Positions 1-10,162 of a stretch of 64,000 nt of DNA are shown in pieces. Source of the stretch: Diplonema japonicum. Lineage: Eukaryota > Protista > Euglenozoa: Diplonemea. Both the position numbers and the translations under genes were made by a program. The notes under the pieces are model-generated. The model was not told the origin of the DNA. It saw nothing but the letters and a program-made list of their open reading frames with translations, and did no database searches. How positions within the stretch are numbered: position 1 is the first letter of the stretch; each line of letters opens with the position of its first letter. The stretch is from the NCBI GenBank assembly GCA_964019335.1, contig OZ025738.1, positions 310,001 to 374,000 of the forward strand. Reading direction: 5' to 3'.

Positions 1-123
1 GTAACCCCACCCCAATTCTGCTGCTTGTAATCTTCTCTCAGTCCTCTCAGTTTGAGCTCCTCCTTTGTACGAGGCGATCTCCCTAATGGAGTCTTCCCTG
101 GAAGAGGCCATCGAATAGGGAGT
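1..123 (-). mobile_element. 5'-truncated LINE 3'-region fragment (runs off window start)
   Basis: GTAATCTTCTCTCAGTCC is shared with the LINE 3' fragment near 23057-23074. Minus-strand translation LKLRGLREDYK matches TKLKGLREDYR there. The 5' junction abuts an A-tract (124-150). Confidence 0.5.
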
Positions 124-124
124 A

Positions 125-157
<33 letters not shown>

Positions 158-551
158 TTGTGACTTAATATCAATCAATTTCACGGTGGGCGGTTGATGT
201 CAAGAGCTAAAAGGATTTTAGACTAGAAGACTTACGGCCCAAAACAGACAGCGGGGGGAAAAAAAAAGAAGAAAAAAAAAAGTTGGGGTTAGGGTTAGCC
301 TGGAGGGAACTTGAACACCGCTTACCTGTGAAAAGAGGCCATTCTTCAATTGCTCCAGGGGAGCAAGACCGCCACATCACTAAAAAAAAAAGCAAGGTCA
401 GCAGGGAGAACTCTTGGAGGGGGACGGCGACAAGCCAAAGACTTTGTCCAAGGCTATAAAACAAAAACAAAAAAAGAGTAAAAAGAATTTTAACCGACCA
501 GAAAAGAAGAAAAAAAAAAGAAAGAAAGAAAGAAACTGATTTTCACTTAAA

Positions 552-2993
552 CTACGCCCGCAAGCAGATGACCCTAGCAGGCTGCTGCATGAGCCTGGCA
601 GCTGCCTGTGCAATTGCATCGCCTGCCATGTCAGCGTGTTTGGCAATAACCTCATGGCTGCCTGCTGTGAAGGCCGTCCAGTATGAGTCTGACCAGCACC
701 AGCTCTCGCCCCGAGGACTGCGCGGGCCCTCCCCACTGTCTTCGTGTTTCACCATGCTAGTGAGGTCAGTGTCGTAAAGCCTGAGGACAGATACTTCATA
801 AAGGACAAGAGGGTGCGCCTCCTCCTGCTGCGCGTGGGGAGAAGACGGTGGAGAAGAAGGACGCGCAGCACGGGGAGACACAACAGTCGGAGGGGGGCTG
901 TGCGCAAGTGCCTCCCATGTCACAACAGGACGTAGAATGCTCTTCAGGTCCGCTCGCAGCCCAGCGAAAAAGTGCGTAAGCGAGGACGACGCGAACAACG
1001 CGCAGGTTTGCATCTCCGCTGCTGTAGCTGCCAATGACCCGCAGACCTTCACACAGTCCCCCATCACCGTCACGAAGCGTTGGCCATGGCTGCCGATGGT
1101 CGCGCTCACAACCGGCCCGGTACTGAGCCCCATGCATACTTCAGTGCTCGTGTAGTGCTTCCCCAGTACTAGCGATGCGAACCGCAGGGAGTTCTCGAAG
1201 TGTGTTAATGTTCGCTTCGCAGTGTTCCACCCGACCGTTATTGACGGCCCCACAACTGCGACCACCGTTCCCCCGCTTCTGTCCAGTGCGTGCAGAATCC
1301 TGCACACGCGTTCGTTCACAGTGCTGTAGTCGGAGGTTGTTCGCACCTCCACGCAGCCCACTGTCACGTTCGCTATGTGTTCCAACCGTGTGGTCGGGGC
1401 GTGTTGTTCAGCCATCACGCGTGATGAGTTGGAGTGTTGCGAGCCGAGAGACGAGGGCTTCTCCCCACCTTTTTTCGATCGCAGCATCCCCTCGACTTGT
1501 GATCGGCGTCCTCGTAGTTCTTCGGGGATTAGCACGGATAGCTTCTTGCTTCCGGACACACCTTTCAGGGAGACCGAACCGACTGGGATTTCCACGAATC
1601 CAGTCCTGTCGGTGACTTCGGCCAGTACTTCGGGTGTGACCGCAACCCCACCCCCGACGCTTGCCGCCTCCACGCGTGCTGCTACGTTCACTGTGTTCCC
1701 GAAGTAGTCGAAGCGGCCTGTTACTGCGTTCAGTTCCGCTTCTGCTTCTCCGCAGTGCACGCCGATCCGTACGCGAAGGCCTCCCCACAGGCCGTCTGCG
1801 TCCCGCTCGCACGTTGGTAGTTCTAGCAGCTCCCCCGGCCACGAGCATTCGACTAAGCTGCGTTGCACTGCGATCCCGAAATCCACCGCGTCTGCAGCAG
1901 CTTCGAAGGCCACCATGAAAGCGTCCCCGATAGTCTTCACCTCGTACCCCTGGTGCAGGTCTATGTACCTCCGTATTGTTTTGTTGTGCAGCTTCAACGC
2001 TCGTTTCATCCCCCCGGGGCATGCCTCCCAGATAGAAGTCGATCCTTGGATGTCTGTGAAAACAATGGCCACACGGCTGTCTGATGTCCCGCTTGTCCCC
2101 GGCGGTAAAAGGTCGGATCGCAATGGGTTGCTGTCCCCGTCCCTGCTGCTGCCGTTCCCCTCGAACAGGGCGTCTGGAAGGAACGGCCTGTACGCTTTCA
2201 AATTCTGCAGGATGTTGTCGAAGGCCGCGTGCAGCGGCGGAGGCAGGTTGTGCACCTCATCTATGAGGTCGTCCTCCGCAGCGTCAAGGTCGAAGTTCGC
2301 AAGGCTCTGCGCGATCTTCTCTGCTGTTTCTACTGACGCCTCCACCTTCGCCTTCTCCTTCGCCACGTTGTCCGCAAACCCACGCGTGAAGTAGAAGTCC
2401 AGCAGGAAAACAATACAGTAAATGAGGTAGTTCTGCAGAGTGATGGCGAGATTCTTGCATGGCAGTGTTTCACAGTCAACATTGTCCTTACGCCATTTTT
2501 GGCTGGAGGTGAAGGGAGCATCATAGATACCAAAGCGGAAGGCGCTCTCTAAAGCGGTAATAGTCAAGTAGATAACGGTAACGGCCACCACTGCCTTGCT
2601 GAAGATGGAGTTGACACGGGTCACAAGGAGGATGTCTATGAGGATAACCATGATGGGCCACGCTCGGTCCGTGCCCTGGGCTGCCGTTGCGAAATCGTAG
2701 AAAACAACCAACATCGAGCAGGCAGCCACGTAGCTCATGATTACCATGGCAGAAAGCTGCTTCTTGTACACCATGTGAAACCAGACCGCTGCTGTTACCA
2801 CAATCATGATGTAGGCCAGCACCTTTGCAACAGCATTGGCTACCACGACGGTGCAGGCAGCCTGCAGCAGGAACACGCAGGCGTAAAATACCATCATGAC
2901 GCTCTTCCTTGTCTTCATCAGCTCATCATCGTCAGGCAGCACGGCGTAGTTCGAGAATCTCGTGAACAGCGTTTGCTTCTCCGTGCTCGGCAT
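552..2993 (-). CDS. Multi-pass membrane class III adenylate cyclase (kinetoplastid receptor-AC-like catalytic domain) with a degenerate second cyclase-like domain, 813 aa
   Basis: About 6-7 hydrophobic N-terminal helices. Intact motifs IVFTDIQGST, YEVKTIGDAFM, LRVRIGVHCG, RFDYFGNTVNVAARVE supply both metal Asp, the adenine-specifying K/D and the transition-state N/R. First ATG (MPSTEK) is at 2993; the ORF-track start is GTG. Confidence 0.92.
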   Translation of the reverse strand: MPSTEKQTLFTRFSNYAVLPDDDELMKTRKSVMMVFYACVFLLQAACTVVVANAVAKVLAYIMIVVTAAVWFHMVYKKQLSAMVIMSYVAACSMLVVFYDFATAAQGTDRAWPIMVILIDILLVTRVNSIFSKAVVAVTVIYLTITALESAFRFGIYDAPFTSSQKWRKDNVDCETLPCKNLAITLQNYLIYCIVFLLDFYFTRGFADNVAKEKAKVEASVETAEKIAQSLANFDLDAAEDDLIDEVHNLPPPLHAAFDNILQNLKAYRPFLPDALFEGNGSSRDGDSNPLRSDLLPPGTSGTSDSRVAIVFTDIQGSTSIWEACPGGMKRALKLHNKTIRRYIDLHQGYEVKTIGDAFMVAFEAAADAVDFGIAVQRSLVECSWPGELLELPTCERDADGLWGGLRVRIGVHCGEAEAELNAVTGRFDYFGNTVNVAARVEAASVGGGVAVTPEVLAEVTDRTGFVEIPVGSVSLKGVSGSKKLSVLIPEELRGRRSQVEGMLRSKKGGEKPSSLGSQHSNSSRVMAEQHAPTTRLEHIANVTVGCVEVRTTSDYSTVNERVCRILHALDRSGGTVVAVVGPSITVGWNTAKRTLTHFENSLRFASLVLGKHYTSTEVCMGLSTGPVVSATIGSHGQRFVTVMGDCVKVCGSLAATAAEMQTCALFASSSLTHFFAGLRADLKSILRPVVTWEALAHSPPPTVVSPRAARPSSPPSSPHAQQEEAHPLVLYEVSVLRLYDTDLTSMVKHEDSGEGPRSPRGESWCWSDSYWTAFTAGSHEVIAKHADMAGDAIAQAAARLMQQPARVICLRA

Positions 2994-3383
2994 ACTTTTG
3001 TCCTCACCCACCCCTCCCACCTGTGTTGTTGGGTCAGATAAGAGGAAAGAAGAACAAGAAGAAAGGAAAGCAAAAGGGAAACAAATGATGCCACTCGGTC
3101 AAGAACAAAAGGGATCCAGTCCTTCTGGTTTTCTATTGACGGAATAGAAAATGGATTACCACTTGACGCTGGTACGGGAAGTTCACTGAGTACTACTATA
3201 AAAACGTTCGTTTCGGCTTTTTCTCGGAAAAGAAAAAAGTGCAACGGCACACAAAAAAAGGAATAAAAGATACGGCAAGTACTTTGTTTATCTTTCCAAT
3301 CTTTGTTTCGTACTTCTTCTTGGAAAAGAAAAGCGTGCAAAATTCACTATAATACGACAGCAGTTAGCAACAATAAAATAAAA

Positions 3384-3473
3384 TTCACTATGATAGGAAC
3401 GAAGTGGTTAGCAACGGCCCGCCGCGGTGGCGTGCCTACCTTATGATGCTCCCCTTTTGGGGTCGTTCCCTGC
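3384..3473 (-). mobile_element. ~90-bp 3'-terminal fragment of the LINE seen at 22915-23208
   Basis: TTCACTATGATAGGAACGAAGTGGTTAGCAACGGCCCGCCGCGGTGG...GGTCGTTCCCTGC is near-identical to 22915-23004 and is A-rich flanked on the plus strand. Confidence 0.8.
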
Positions 3474-3572
3474 ATAAAATAAAAGCAAGATATCAGCCAT
3501 CTGAAGACAGCCTTTAAAAACGGAAAGTGCAACACGGTGGTTTTTCTTGTTTCTTTTTCTTTTTTTTTGAAG

Positions 3573-3706
3573 GGGAGATCACAGTGGACACCACTGTTGA
3601 CACGAAGATGATAAGCTTGGAAGGGACGTACACCGACATCTTTTGGTTTTTGGTCAGTCCTGTTGGTATGGTGGGGTGTGATTACACATATTTCAGTAGA
3701 AAGAAA
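3573..3706 (-). pseudogene. Internally deleted fourth copy of the Cache-pseudocyclase receptor gene (5' flank plus first ~22 codons)
   Basis: Matches 9097-9229 (ATG at 3639, MSVYVPSKLIIFVSTVVSTVIS) but is joined directly to sequence homologous to the gene's 3' flank (6600-6650). Confidence 0.85.
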
Positions 3707-3712
3707 AGAATA

Positions 3713-5313
3713 TAAAGGGCCCCCCCCGAATAATCCCTTTATTTGGGCAGTGGAGGGGGGGTGTTTGGGCTCCAAAAAAAAGAATTATTTGGAATACACT
3801 TATTTGGGTTGTACTTATTTGGGCTGGGTAGCCTGCCACATGGAAAGCAGGGAGCGGGGCTTAGAGCACTTCGGAAATCTTAACATGCCAAATCGTGCCA
3901 AGACTTTTTTCATGCCCTTTTTTTTTTCCAAGGGAGATTTTAACAGTTTTTCTCCCAGGCAGTGGAGAACCCACAAACGTTGCAGACAAACCGCCTGGTT
4001 TTGGCGTTAGGTGGTTGCTGGGAGGTTGCTGAAATGATTTTAAGTTAGAATAGAGAAGCGAAAAAATAATTGCAGGGGTCTGAGAGGCTTGAGAAACTGT
4101 CGGGGCTTGGGAGGCTGCTGGAGTCTCGTCAGGTGCAGTGTCCATTGTAACACCCGCAACTACATTCTGTGCTGCACTGTCTAAAGCCCGACCCCTTCAA
4201 AGTGCTTACTTCGCTAAGTGCCCTTAGCTGTATGGTCTCCTCGGAACTACCTGGAAGGTAGCCGCAGGACTGCATACAGCTAAAGGTGCCGAGCAGTTGC
4301 ATGACCTTTCTCATGTGCCTGCCCTACCCACAGTGCCACGTTGATTCGGCGCTCTGCTGCAGTCATCAACCAACGTCCCAGCCTCGGCTGCTTGGGGCAT
4401 GCCACAGCCCCTCCTAACCCCTCAAAATGGCGGGAGGTCTGAATCGCCAGTGCCACACAGAAGCAGCCTCACAATACGTACTTTTCCTTTTCAATCGATT
4501 GTTATATTTGTTCTAATAAAATACACTACTCAAGCGACTGGCACCTTCCGAAGAAGGGCCTCCCACGTCGATCGAGGATGCCCCGGGGCGGCCGTTCCAG
4601 TCTGATCATGTCGCACATATAACATATTTCTCATCTTCTAGAAGAAAATGGGGTTGCCCTCGTAGCTCGCCACGGCCAGCATTCTTACTTGCGTAAGCAG
4701 CCTCACAATACCACCAGTGGGCTACGGCACAGCTTTGGGATCTTGCTCAGGAATGGAACATTGACATTGCGGGCCATGAAAGAAAGCAAATACCGGATAA
4801 GTTGTCAACACATGAATCCACGTGCCCCTCCGGCAACGCAGAAGCACCCGGGCCACCCACAAAGCGCCTTCGAACTATTGTTCCGTGAAATTTTGAACCA
4901 TTGCCCATGAAATTTTGAACCATTCATCACGAACCATCTAGCTTCTTGCGTTAAGAAAAATAGTCCCCCAAAATAACCCCCAGGTGCTAAGCCCCGTGGT
5001 CCCTGTTCAAAATGCAAAAGAATTGCTCGTAAGTGCCCAAAAAGTGCCCAAAACCAGGCGGAAATCGAGTTTTTGGTCAAAAAAGGGGTGTATACATGGG
5101 TTAGGTCGGCTAGTACCCTGCACAGGCATAACTGAAAAAAGCCCGTTGCACGACTACCGTGTGACCCCCTCACCCCCCCGGTCCCCCCCAAAAAAAAAAG
5201 AAAGGGGTCGGGAATTATTTGGGAAATTTGGAGCGGAAAAATCCCCGAAAAAAAAAAAATTATTTGGGAAAAAACACATTATTTGGGAGGGAATTATTCG
5301 GGCCCCCCCTTTA
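3713..5313. mobile_element. Non-autonomous TIR DNA transposon, family A, copy 1 (TA target site)
   Basis: Left end TA|TAAAGGGCCCCCCCCGAATAATCCC and right end GGGAATTATTCGGGCCCCCCCTTTA|TA form imperfect ~26-bp TIRs. Subterminal ATTATTTGG repeats. Five copies in the window with different flanks. Confidence 0.85.
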
Positions 5314-5315
5314 TA

Positions 5316-5711
5316 TGCAACTTGTGCCGAGCAAAGAATCTTCGCAGCTTTTAAAAACGTTTTTTTGCTCGTGCGAACAACAAAGCAAAAAGTAAAATGC
5401 CGCCGAAGACTGCCAACGGGGGTGGAGAGAGGGTTTAACCACCCACCTCCCCGCCTCCGCGCTCTTTCCTAAGCCCTGCATCGATAGAGTTCTTCTTGCT
5501 GCTATCCGCAATTCTGCTCTACAACAGCGGTCGAACGCAGCTGCGCCTTGTGTTCACAAGGCTCAGGACATCAATTAAACCTGAGAAATTGAACCGTCTA
5601 TTGGTGATAAGCACGGAGGGGGCATGTTCCGAGTGAAGACTTCATCAGTTGCGTCATAAGACGGTTTCATGATATAAATGCTGTCGCCCACATCATTCTT
5701 TTATTTAAAAG
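5316..5711 (+). mobile_element. hAT transposase C-terminal dimerisation-domain relic (also at +6403 and +12805)
   Basis: Frameshifted translation STTAVERS.../FTRLRTSIKPEKLNRLLVISTEG at ~5518-5620 resembles the hAT dimerisation consensus S..ER.FS......T.LR..L....L..L..I..EG. Confidence 0.55.
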
Positions 5712-6230
5712 CATAGTATCCAGGGTTAACCGATCACCCGCGGGTTTTTAATTACAATCGGGTTTTAAATTGACGTCAAATGAAAGGCGAGCATGCAACC
5801 ATGCTTAAAACCCTTATATTCGTATCCCGGGCCCCCCAGATACACAAAGCCGACCCCAGGGAGCATCGAAACGACTTAGAAAAGGATTATTTTCCCGAAA
5901 AGCTGGTGCTTCCCTGTTTCAGGCAGGGTCCTAATTGGGAGCGAAATCAAAAGTCGATAATTTAGCATGCAGCCATGCATATAATAACCCTCCTATTCGT
6001 CCCCCGGGCCCCCCAGATACACAAAGCCGACCCCAGGGAGCATCATCAAAACGACTTAGAAAGGATTATTTCCCGAAAAGCTGGGTTTTCCCTTTTTTTG
6101 GCGGTTTTTCTTCTTTTTTCTGTTTAAATAGGAGCGAAATCAAAAATCAATAAATAGAACGGGAGGAGAGCGTGCAACCATACTTATAACCCTTCTATTC
6201 GTCTCCCGGACCTCCCAGATACACAAAGCC
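5712..6230. mobile_element. Left end of hAT-like TIR element family B with ~190-bp subterminal tandem repeats (also at +6403, +12805)
   Basis: CATAGTATCCAGGGTTAACCGATCACC equals the TIR of 28302-29163. AACCC..TATTCGT..CCCGG.CC.CCCAGATACACAAAGCC recurs at ~5808, ~5985 and ~6188. Confidence 0.7.
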
Positions 6231-6239
6231 TGCACAGTC

Positions 6240-6335
6240 TAGTTCGAGAACCTTGTGAATGCTCGGCATACTTTTGTCCTCACCCAATCCCTCGGCTCTC
6301 CCCTCCCTCCTGTGTTGTTGCGTCAAATAAGAAAA
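6240..6335 (-). pseudogene. 5' remnant of the adenylate cyclase gene (start-codon region) carried in each tandem unit
   Basis: TAGTTCGAGAA..TGCTCGGCATACTTTTGTCCTCACCCA..CCTGTGTTGTTG matches 2947-3031. Confidence 0.75.
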
Positions 6336-6704
6336 CGAAAAGAGGACATGCAAGAAGAAAGAAGAAAGTCAGGTAGCTAAAAGGGAAACAAATTCTTTCT
6401 TGGTTACCAATTAACCGAAGTGGAATGGATCACCACTTGAAGCTGGTGTGCCTCCACCACGGCAAGTACTTTGTTTATCTTTCCAATCTTTGTTTCGTAC
6501 TTCTTCTTGGAAAAGAAAAGCGTGCAAAATAAATTCACAATGATACGAAAGAAGGTGGTTAGCAACAAAAAATTAAAATAAAAGCAACAAATCAGTCTTT
6601 GAAGACAGCCTCTAAAAACGGAAAGTGTAACACGGTGGTTTTTTTTGAAAGTGTAACATAGTGGTTCATCCTTCAGGGAAATGAGAAATGAACCAATGTG
6701 CCGC

Positions 6705-9164
6705 CTAAAGATCTTGCAACGCAAGTGATTCCTCACGATGGACGGCCCCATGGATGAATTCCATGACACAGCGGCCTTCGTTTATTTTGGAAAGGGCCCA
6801 CGACTGGATGTCTGTTGGGGACTCGATGCTGGGCGACGGTTTGGCCTTCGGGTCCACCTGCACCTCCCTCAGTGCCACGGCCACAGGGTCCGAGACAGTT
6901 GCCTCTTCCAGCTGGTACATCCACTCCTCCTCCTTTACGGCCACCTCGTTCCCAACCTCCTGCACAAGGATCGGCTTCGTCCCGCTCTTCACCACAAGAA
7001 GCGTCACAGCCGACAGGGAGAACTTCCCTGCCGCACCCTCCGCCACCGAAGGGGACACCAGCGTGATGCCACGGGCCAGTACCTCCCCCACCTCGGAGGC
7101 CACAGCAGACACCCCACTCAACTCCAACAGTGCAGGACCCTTCATCCCGAAGCCCTTGTTCGTCGCAGAGCCGAGGTTCCCCGCAACGAACTCCCCGTGT
7201 GCCACAGCCATCACAGGCCTCGCAACCCTCCTCGTCTCCTCCGAGCACGATATCGCGTTGCAGAAGGCCACCGCCCGTGTCTTCGGTTCCGAGCACCGCA
7301 GTCCCACGTTCCACGTCAGCATGAAGGTGAAGGGGTCCGACACAGAGAACCCGTGTGCGAGGCCCTTCGTCGCACGAGCCGTCTCCTGCATCACCTCAAC
7401 GAGCTTTCCGAAACAGTTGGGGAAGCCAGTGCCCCCTTGGTCGGTGAAGCACAGCCGAACCACAGTCCCCCTGTAGTTCTGCTGCTGCATCGACAGGTTC
7501 TGACCAGCGTTCACAACCGCCTTCGACGCTGTACCTGTGCTGTTGCTGTACTTGCTTCTGCTGTTCGGGCTTTTCGAGCTTGCCATGCTCTCCTCCTCCA
7601 CCTCTGTGTCACCGTCCACGAACAAGGTGTTCGGGAGGTACGCCTTGTACTCCCGCAGGCCTCGGATGGCGAGCAGCAAGCCATCCGTGACACATGCCAC
7701 CTCCTTCACCATCACAGGCTTGTACATCGCATTCATGTGAGCCTCCGCAGCGTCCAGATCCATGGTCTCGAGGTGCTTGTTGCCAACGACGAGCCTCCCG
7801 AGCGGGCGGGCTATGAGGACTATCTCCAGAACGGCGATCACAATGTCGACAACGAAGATGACGACGGAGGCGATGATGAGCTGAACAAGGGCGGCGAACA
7901 CCTTCTCGTTGACGGACGACACAGAGCGCAGCCACAGCAGCTCGAAGGTATTGCTCGTGGCGTTGAACATGTGGGTTCTCCTCAAGAAGTACTCCCCGCC
8001 CTCCAACGCCGTGTCGATGAAGTAGTCCTTCTTGTACAGCGGCCTGGTCTTGTTCACGTCAGACACTTCAAAGTACTCCCCGTACCTCACATGGGTCCGG
8101 AGGGTTGTGGATGACAGATCTGCGGTGAAGAAGGTCCCTTGCAGCCTCTGCAGGGTCGCATTGATGGCCCCAGACACTGTGGGACCGAGGTCGTTCACGT
8201 CCAAGAGGCAGTCATGCCCGGACGCTCCAAAAACAGCGCAGGTGAAGCATCTGTTGTAGCATTCGAACTTGATTGCCGGCCCGTTGAACAGGGTGTGGGC
8301 AAAGAGATTTCCTGCGGAGGAGTCCAGTGCGACCAGCTCGGTGTGGGCCGTCTTGAAGTCACGGATGACAACTGTCCATGTGGAAAAGACGAAAAAGGAA
8401 AAGACGAAAAAAGTGTAGGTCCCCTGAGGCCAGTGCAAGGTGCGGCGCATGACGTGCTCACCGTAAGCGTAAGGCGACCCATCAGCGGCGTTCCAGAAGT
8501 AAATAGGTGACCAACTCTCAGCAGGTAAACTGTGCATCTGTTTGACCCAAGCATCCTGTGGTGGCTCCTCCCACTCCACATGGAACCTATCAGATTGAAA
8601 ACGACCCTGCTCATCAACTGCGGTAAGGGTCTTTAACCAAGATATCTTAGTACCGTTGGTGGTTGTAATCAAACGGCCTGTTGTGTTCCCGTTGCCAAAC
8701 CATCTCGCAGGGTTGCCCTGCTCGTCAAGGACAGGGTCCGCCCACACGTATTGCTTCATCACGCCATCCGCCTCCTCCCAAGGATGGGTGCATGTTGTGC
8801 AGTTTGGGTAGTAGGCCTTCGTCAAGGAGTACCCACCCCCATACCCATTCTTCACAGATTTCGCTGCCGCATATGCATGAGCCCCGTAGATCTTCGTGAT
8901 GTGTGAAAAGCCGAGTGACACATTCATCACGTCATCCCGCAGGAAGAGGAGGTACATTTCTTCTGTCGCTGCCTCCACGTCCTCCAGGATCCCAGCCAGT
9001 CGGAGTTTTGCGCTTTTTGACGCCGCGGCACTCGAGTCTTCAACAGCAGAGCGCAGCACCGAGATACTCTCCACGTACAGCATGTACCCAGCTAAAAGGG
9101 AGATCACAGTGGACACCACTGTTGACACGAAGATGATAAGCTTGGAAGGGACGTACACCGACAT
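6705..9164 (-). CDS. TM-Cache-like extracellular sensor-TM-HAMP-degenerate cyclase receptor, copy 1, 819 aa
   Basis: N-terminal TM (LIIFVSTVVSTVISLLAGYML), Cache-like WSPIYFW region, second TM (LVQLIIASVVIFVVDIVIAVLEIVLI), HAMP-like PLGRL..DLDAA..EV, YKAYLP linker. The cyclase-like fold lacks catalytic residues; EEWMYQLE motif. Start placed at MSVYVP, shared with copy 3. Confidence 0.85.
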   Translation of the reverse strand: MSVYVPSKLIIFVSTVVSTVISLLAGYMLYVESISVLRSAVEDSSAAASKSAKLRLAGILEDVEAATEEMYLLFLRDDVMNVSLGFSHITKIYGAHAYAAAKSVKNGYGGGYSLTKAYYPNCTTCTHPWEEADGVMKQYVWADPVLDEQGNPARWFGNGNTTGRLITTTNGTKISWLKTLTAVDEQGRFQSDRFHVEWEEPPQDAWVKQMHSLPAESWSPIYFWNAADGSPYAYGEHVMRRTLHWPQGTYTFFVFSFFVFSTWTVVIRDFKTAHTELVALDSSAGNLFAHTLFNGPAIKFECYNRCFTCAVFGASGHDCLLDVNDLGPTVSGAINATLQRLQGTFFTADLSSTTLRTHVRYGEYFEVSDVNKTRPLYKKDYFIDTALEGGEYFLRRTHMFNATSNTFELLWLRSVSSVNEKVFAALVQLIIASVVIFVVDIVIAVLEIVLIARPLGRLVVGNKHLETMDLDAAEAHMNAMYKPVMVKEVACVTDGLLLAIRGLREYKAYLPNTLFVDGDTEVEEESMASSKSPNSRSKYSNSTGTASKAVVNAGQNLSMQQQNYRGTVVRLCFTDQGGTGFPNCFGKLVEVMQETARATKGLAHGFSVSDPFTFMLTWNVGLRCSEPKTRAVAFCNAISCSEETRRVARPVMAVAHGEFVAGNLGSATNKGFGMKGPALLELSGVSAVASEVGEVLARGITLVSPSVAEGAAGKFSLSAVTLLVVKSGTKPILVQEVGNEVAVKEEEWMYQLEEATVSDPVAVALREVQVDPKAKPSPSIESPTDIQSWALSKINEGRCVMEFIHGAVHREESLALQDL

Positions 9165-10055
9165 CTTTGGTTTTTGGTCAGTCCTGTTGGTATGGTGGGG
9201 TGTGATTACACATATTTCAGTAGAAAGAAACACAAAAAGAAGATATTTCGCAGGTAGTGTGCTGGTTGGCGCCCACCGTTGACTGGGGACGTGCCTTTTC
9301 ATTCAGCGGTGCCGGCCGTTGAGGTGTTCCTGTCATTTGAGCCATCTGAGATCGCATCCTGTTGCAAGCTGTCAGGATTCAGCCTGTCATCTGCATTAAG
9401 CACATCGACCGCAGTCTCTGTAAGAAGAAAAAGAACTCCAGTTCGAATTGGGGAAGGAAATATTATGATTTTCCATTGACGGAATAGAAACTCCGAGTCA
9501 CACAATAACTTCCGAGTACTGTGTGTATGCGTCTTTTCAATTACTTCTTGGAACATAATAAGTACACATCCGGTAGTAAAAAGAGAAAAAATATATGAGT
9601 TAAAGGAAGTCTTTGTGAGACGCCCCCTTGTCCTCTACCTGCACCTATCCCCTGAAAAAAGAAAACTTCCGATAGCCTCCTGGTAGCCGCGTCTTTGGGG
9701 TATTAATGTCATGTCGAGCAGCTCCACATTGATGTAGAGCTCTCCATAGGGCGTCAGCACGGCTAGCAACAAAGTGCTACGCAACCACCCGCTTCAAAAG
9801 ATTGCGCGCGTTTCCCTGTTCAGCACTCTGAAGGCATGTTGCCCGTACCGCGCAGCCGGTCTTTTTTTTTTTTAATTTTAAATTCCACTTTTTTTTCGAC
9901 TTGCTAAGGCACCCACTAGGTGGGATGGAAGTGTCTCGTGACGCTCACCCGGTTGCCCAGGTACTCATGACCGTGCTGGTGTTCTCTTTCCACAAGCTTT
10001 GCTGGTTGTTTGGCACTTTACATTTCTTTTTTCCTTCTTCTTTTTTTTTTTTCTT

Positions 10056-10081
10056 GGCTACCGCGGGTGCCGGACCTCAGT

Positions 10082-10086
<5 letters not shown>
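10056..10086. repeat. Short dispersed repeat embedded in T-tracts (also ~16459-16488 and ~52466-52495)
   Basis: GGCTAC....GGGTGCCGGACCTCAGTATCC, preceded in both contexts by GCTGG.TGTTT..CACTTTACA and a T-run. Confidence 0.7.
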
Positions 10087-10128
<42 letters not shown>

Positions 10129-10162
10129 TTACAAATATTTATCTTTTGAAAAAATAATTTTA

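Noticed and set aside
284-298. Telomere-like GGGGTTAGGGTTAG (also degenerate at ~48140-48170)
   Set aside because: Only about two units; compatible with chance.
6738-8114. 458-aa plus-strand ORF (and copies), also 35709-36707, 39307-40392 and similar
   Set aside because: Antisense shadows of GC3-rich or repetitive minus-strand genes; no recognisable domains.
9240-9990. Short ORFs upstream of the receptor genes (also 49965-50315, 51900-52170)
   Set aside because: Coding-like fragments with stops and no identifiable motifs; cannot be assigned without a search.
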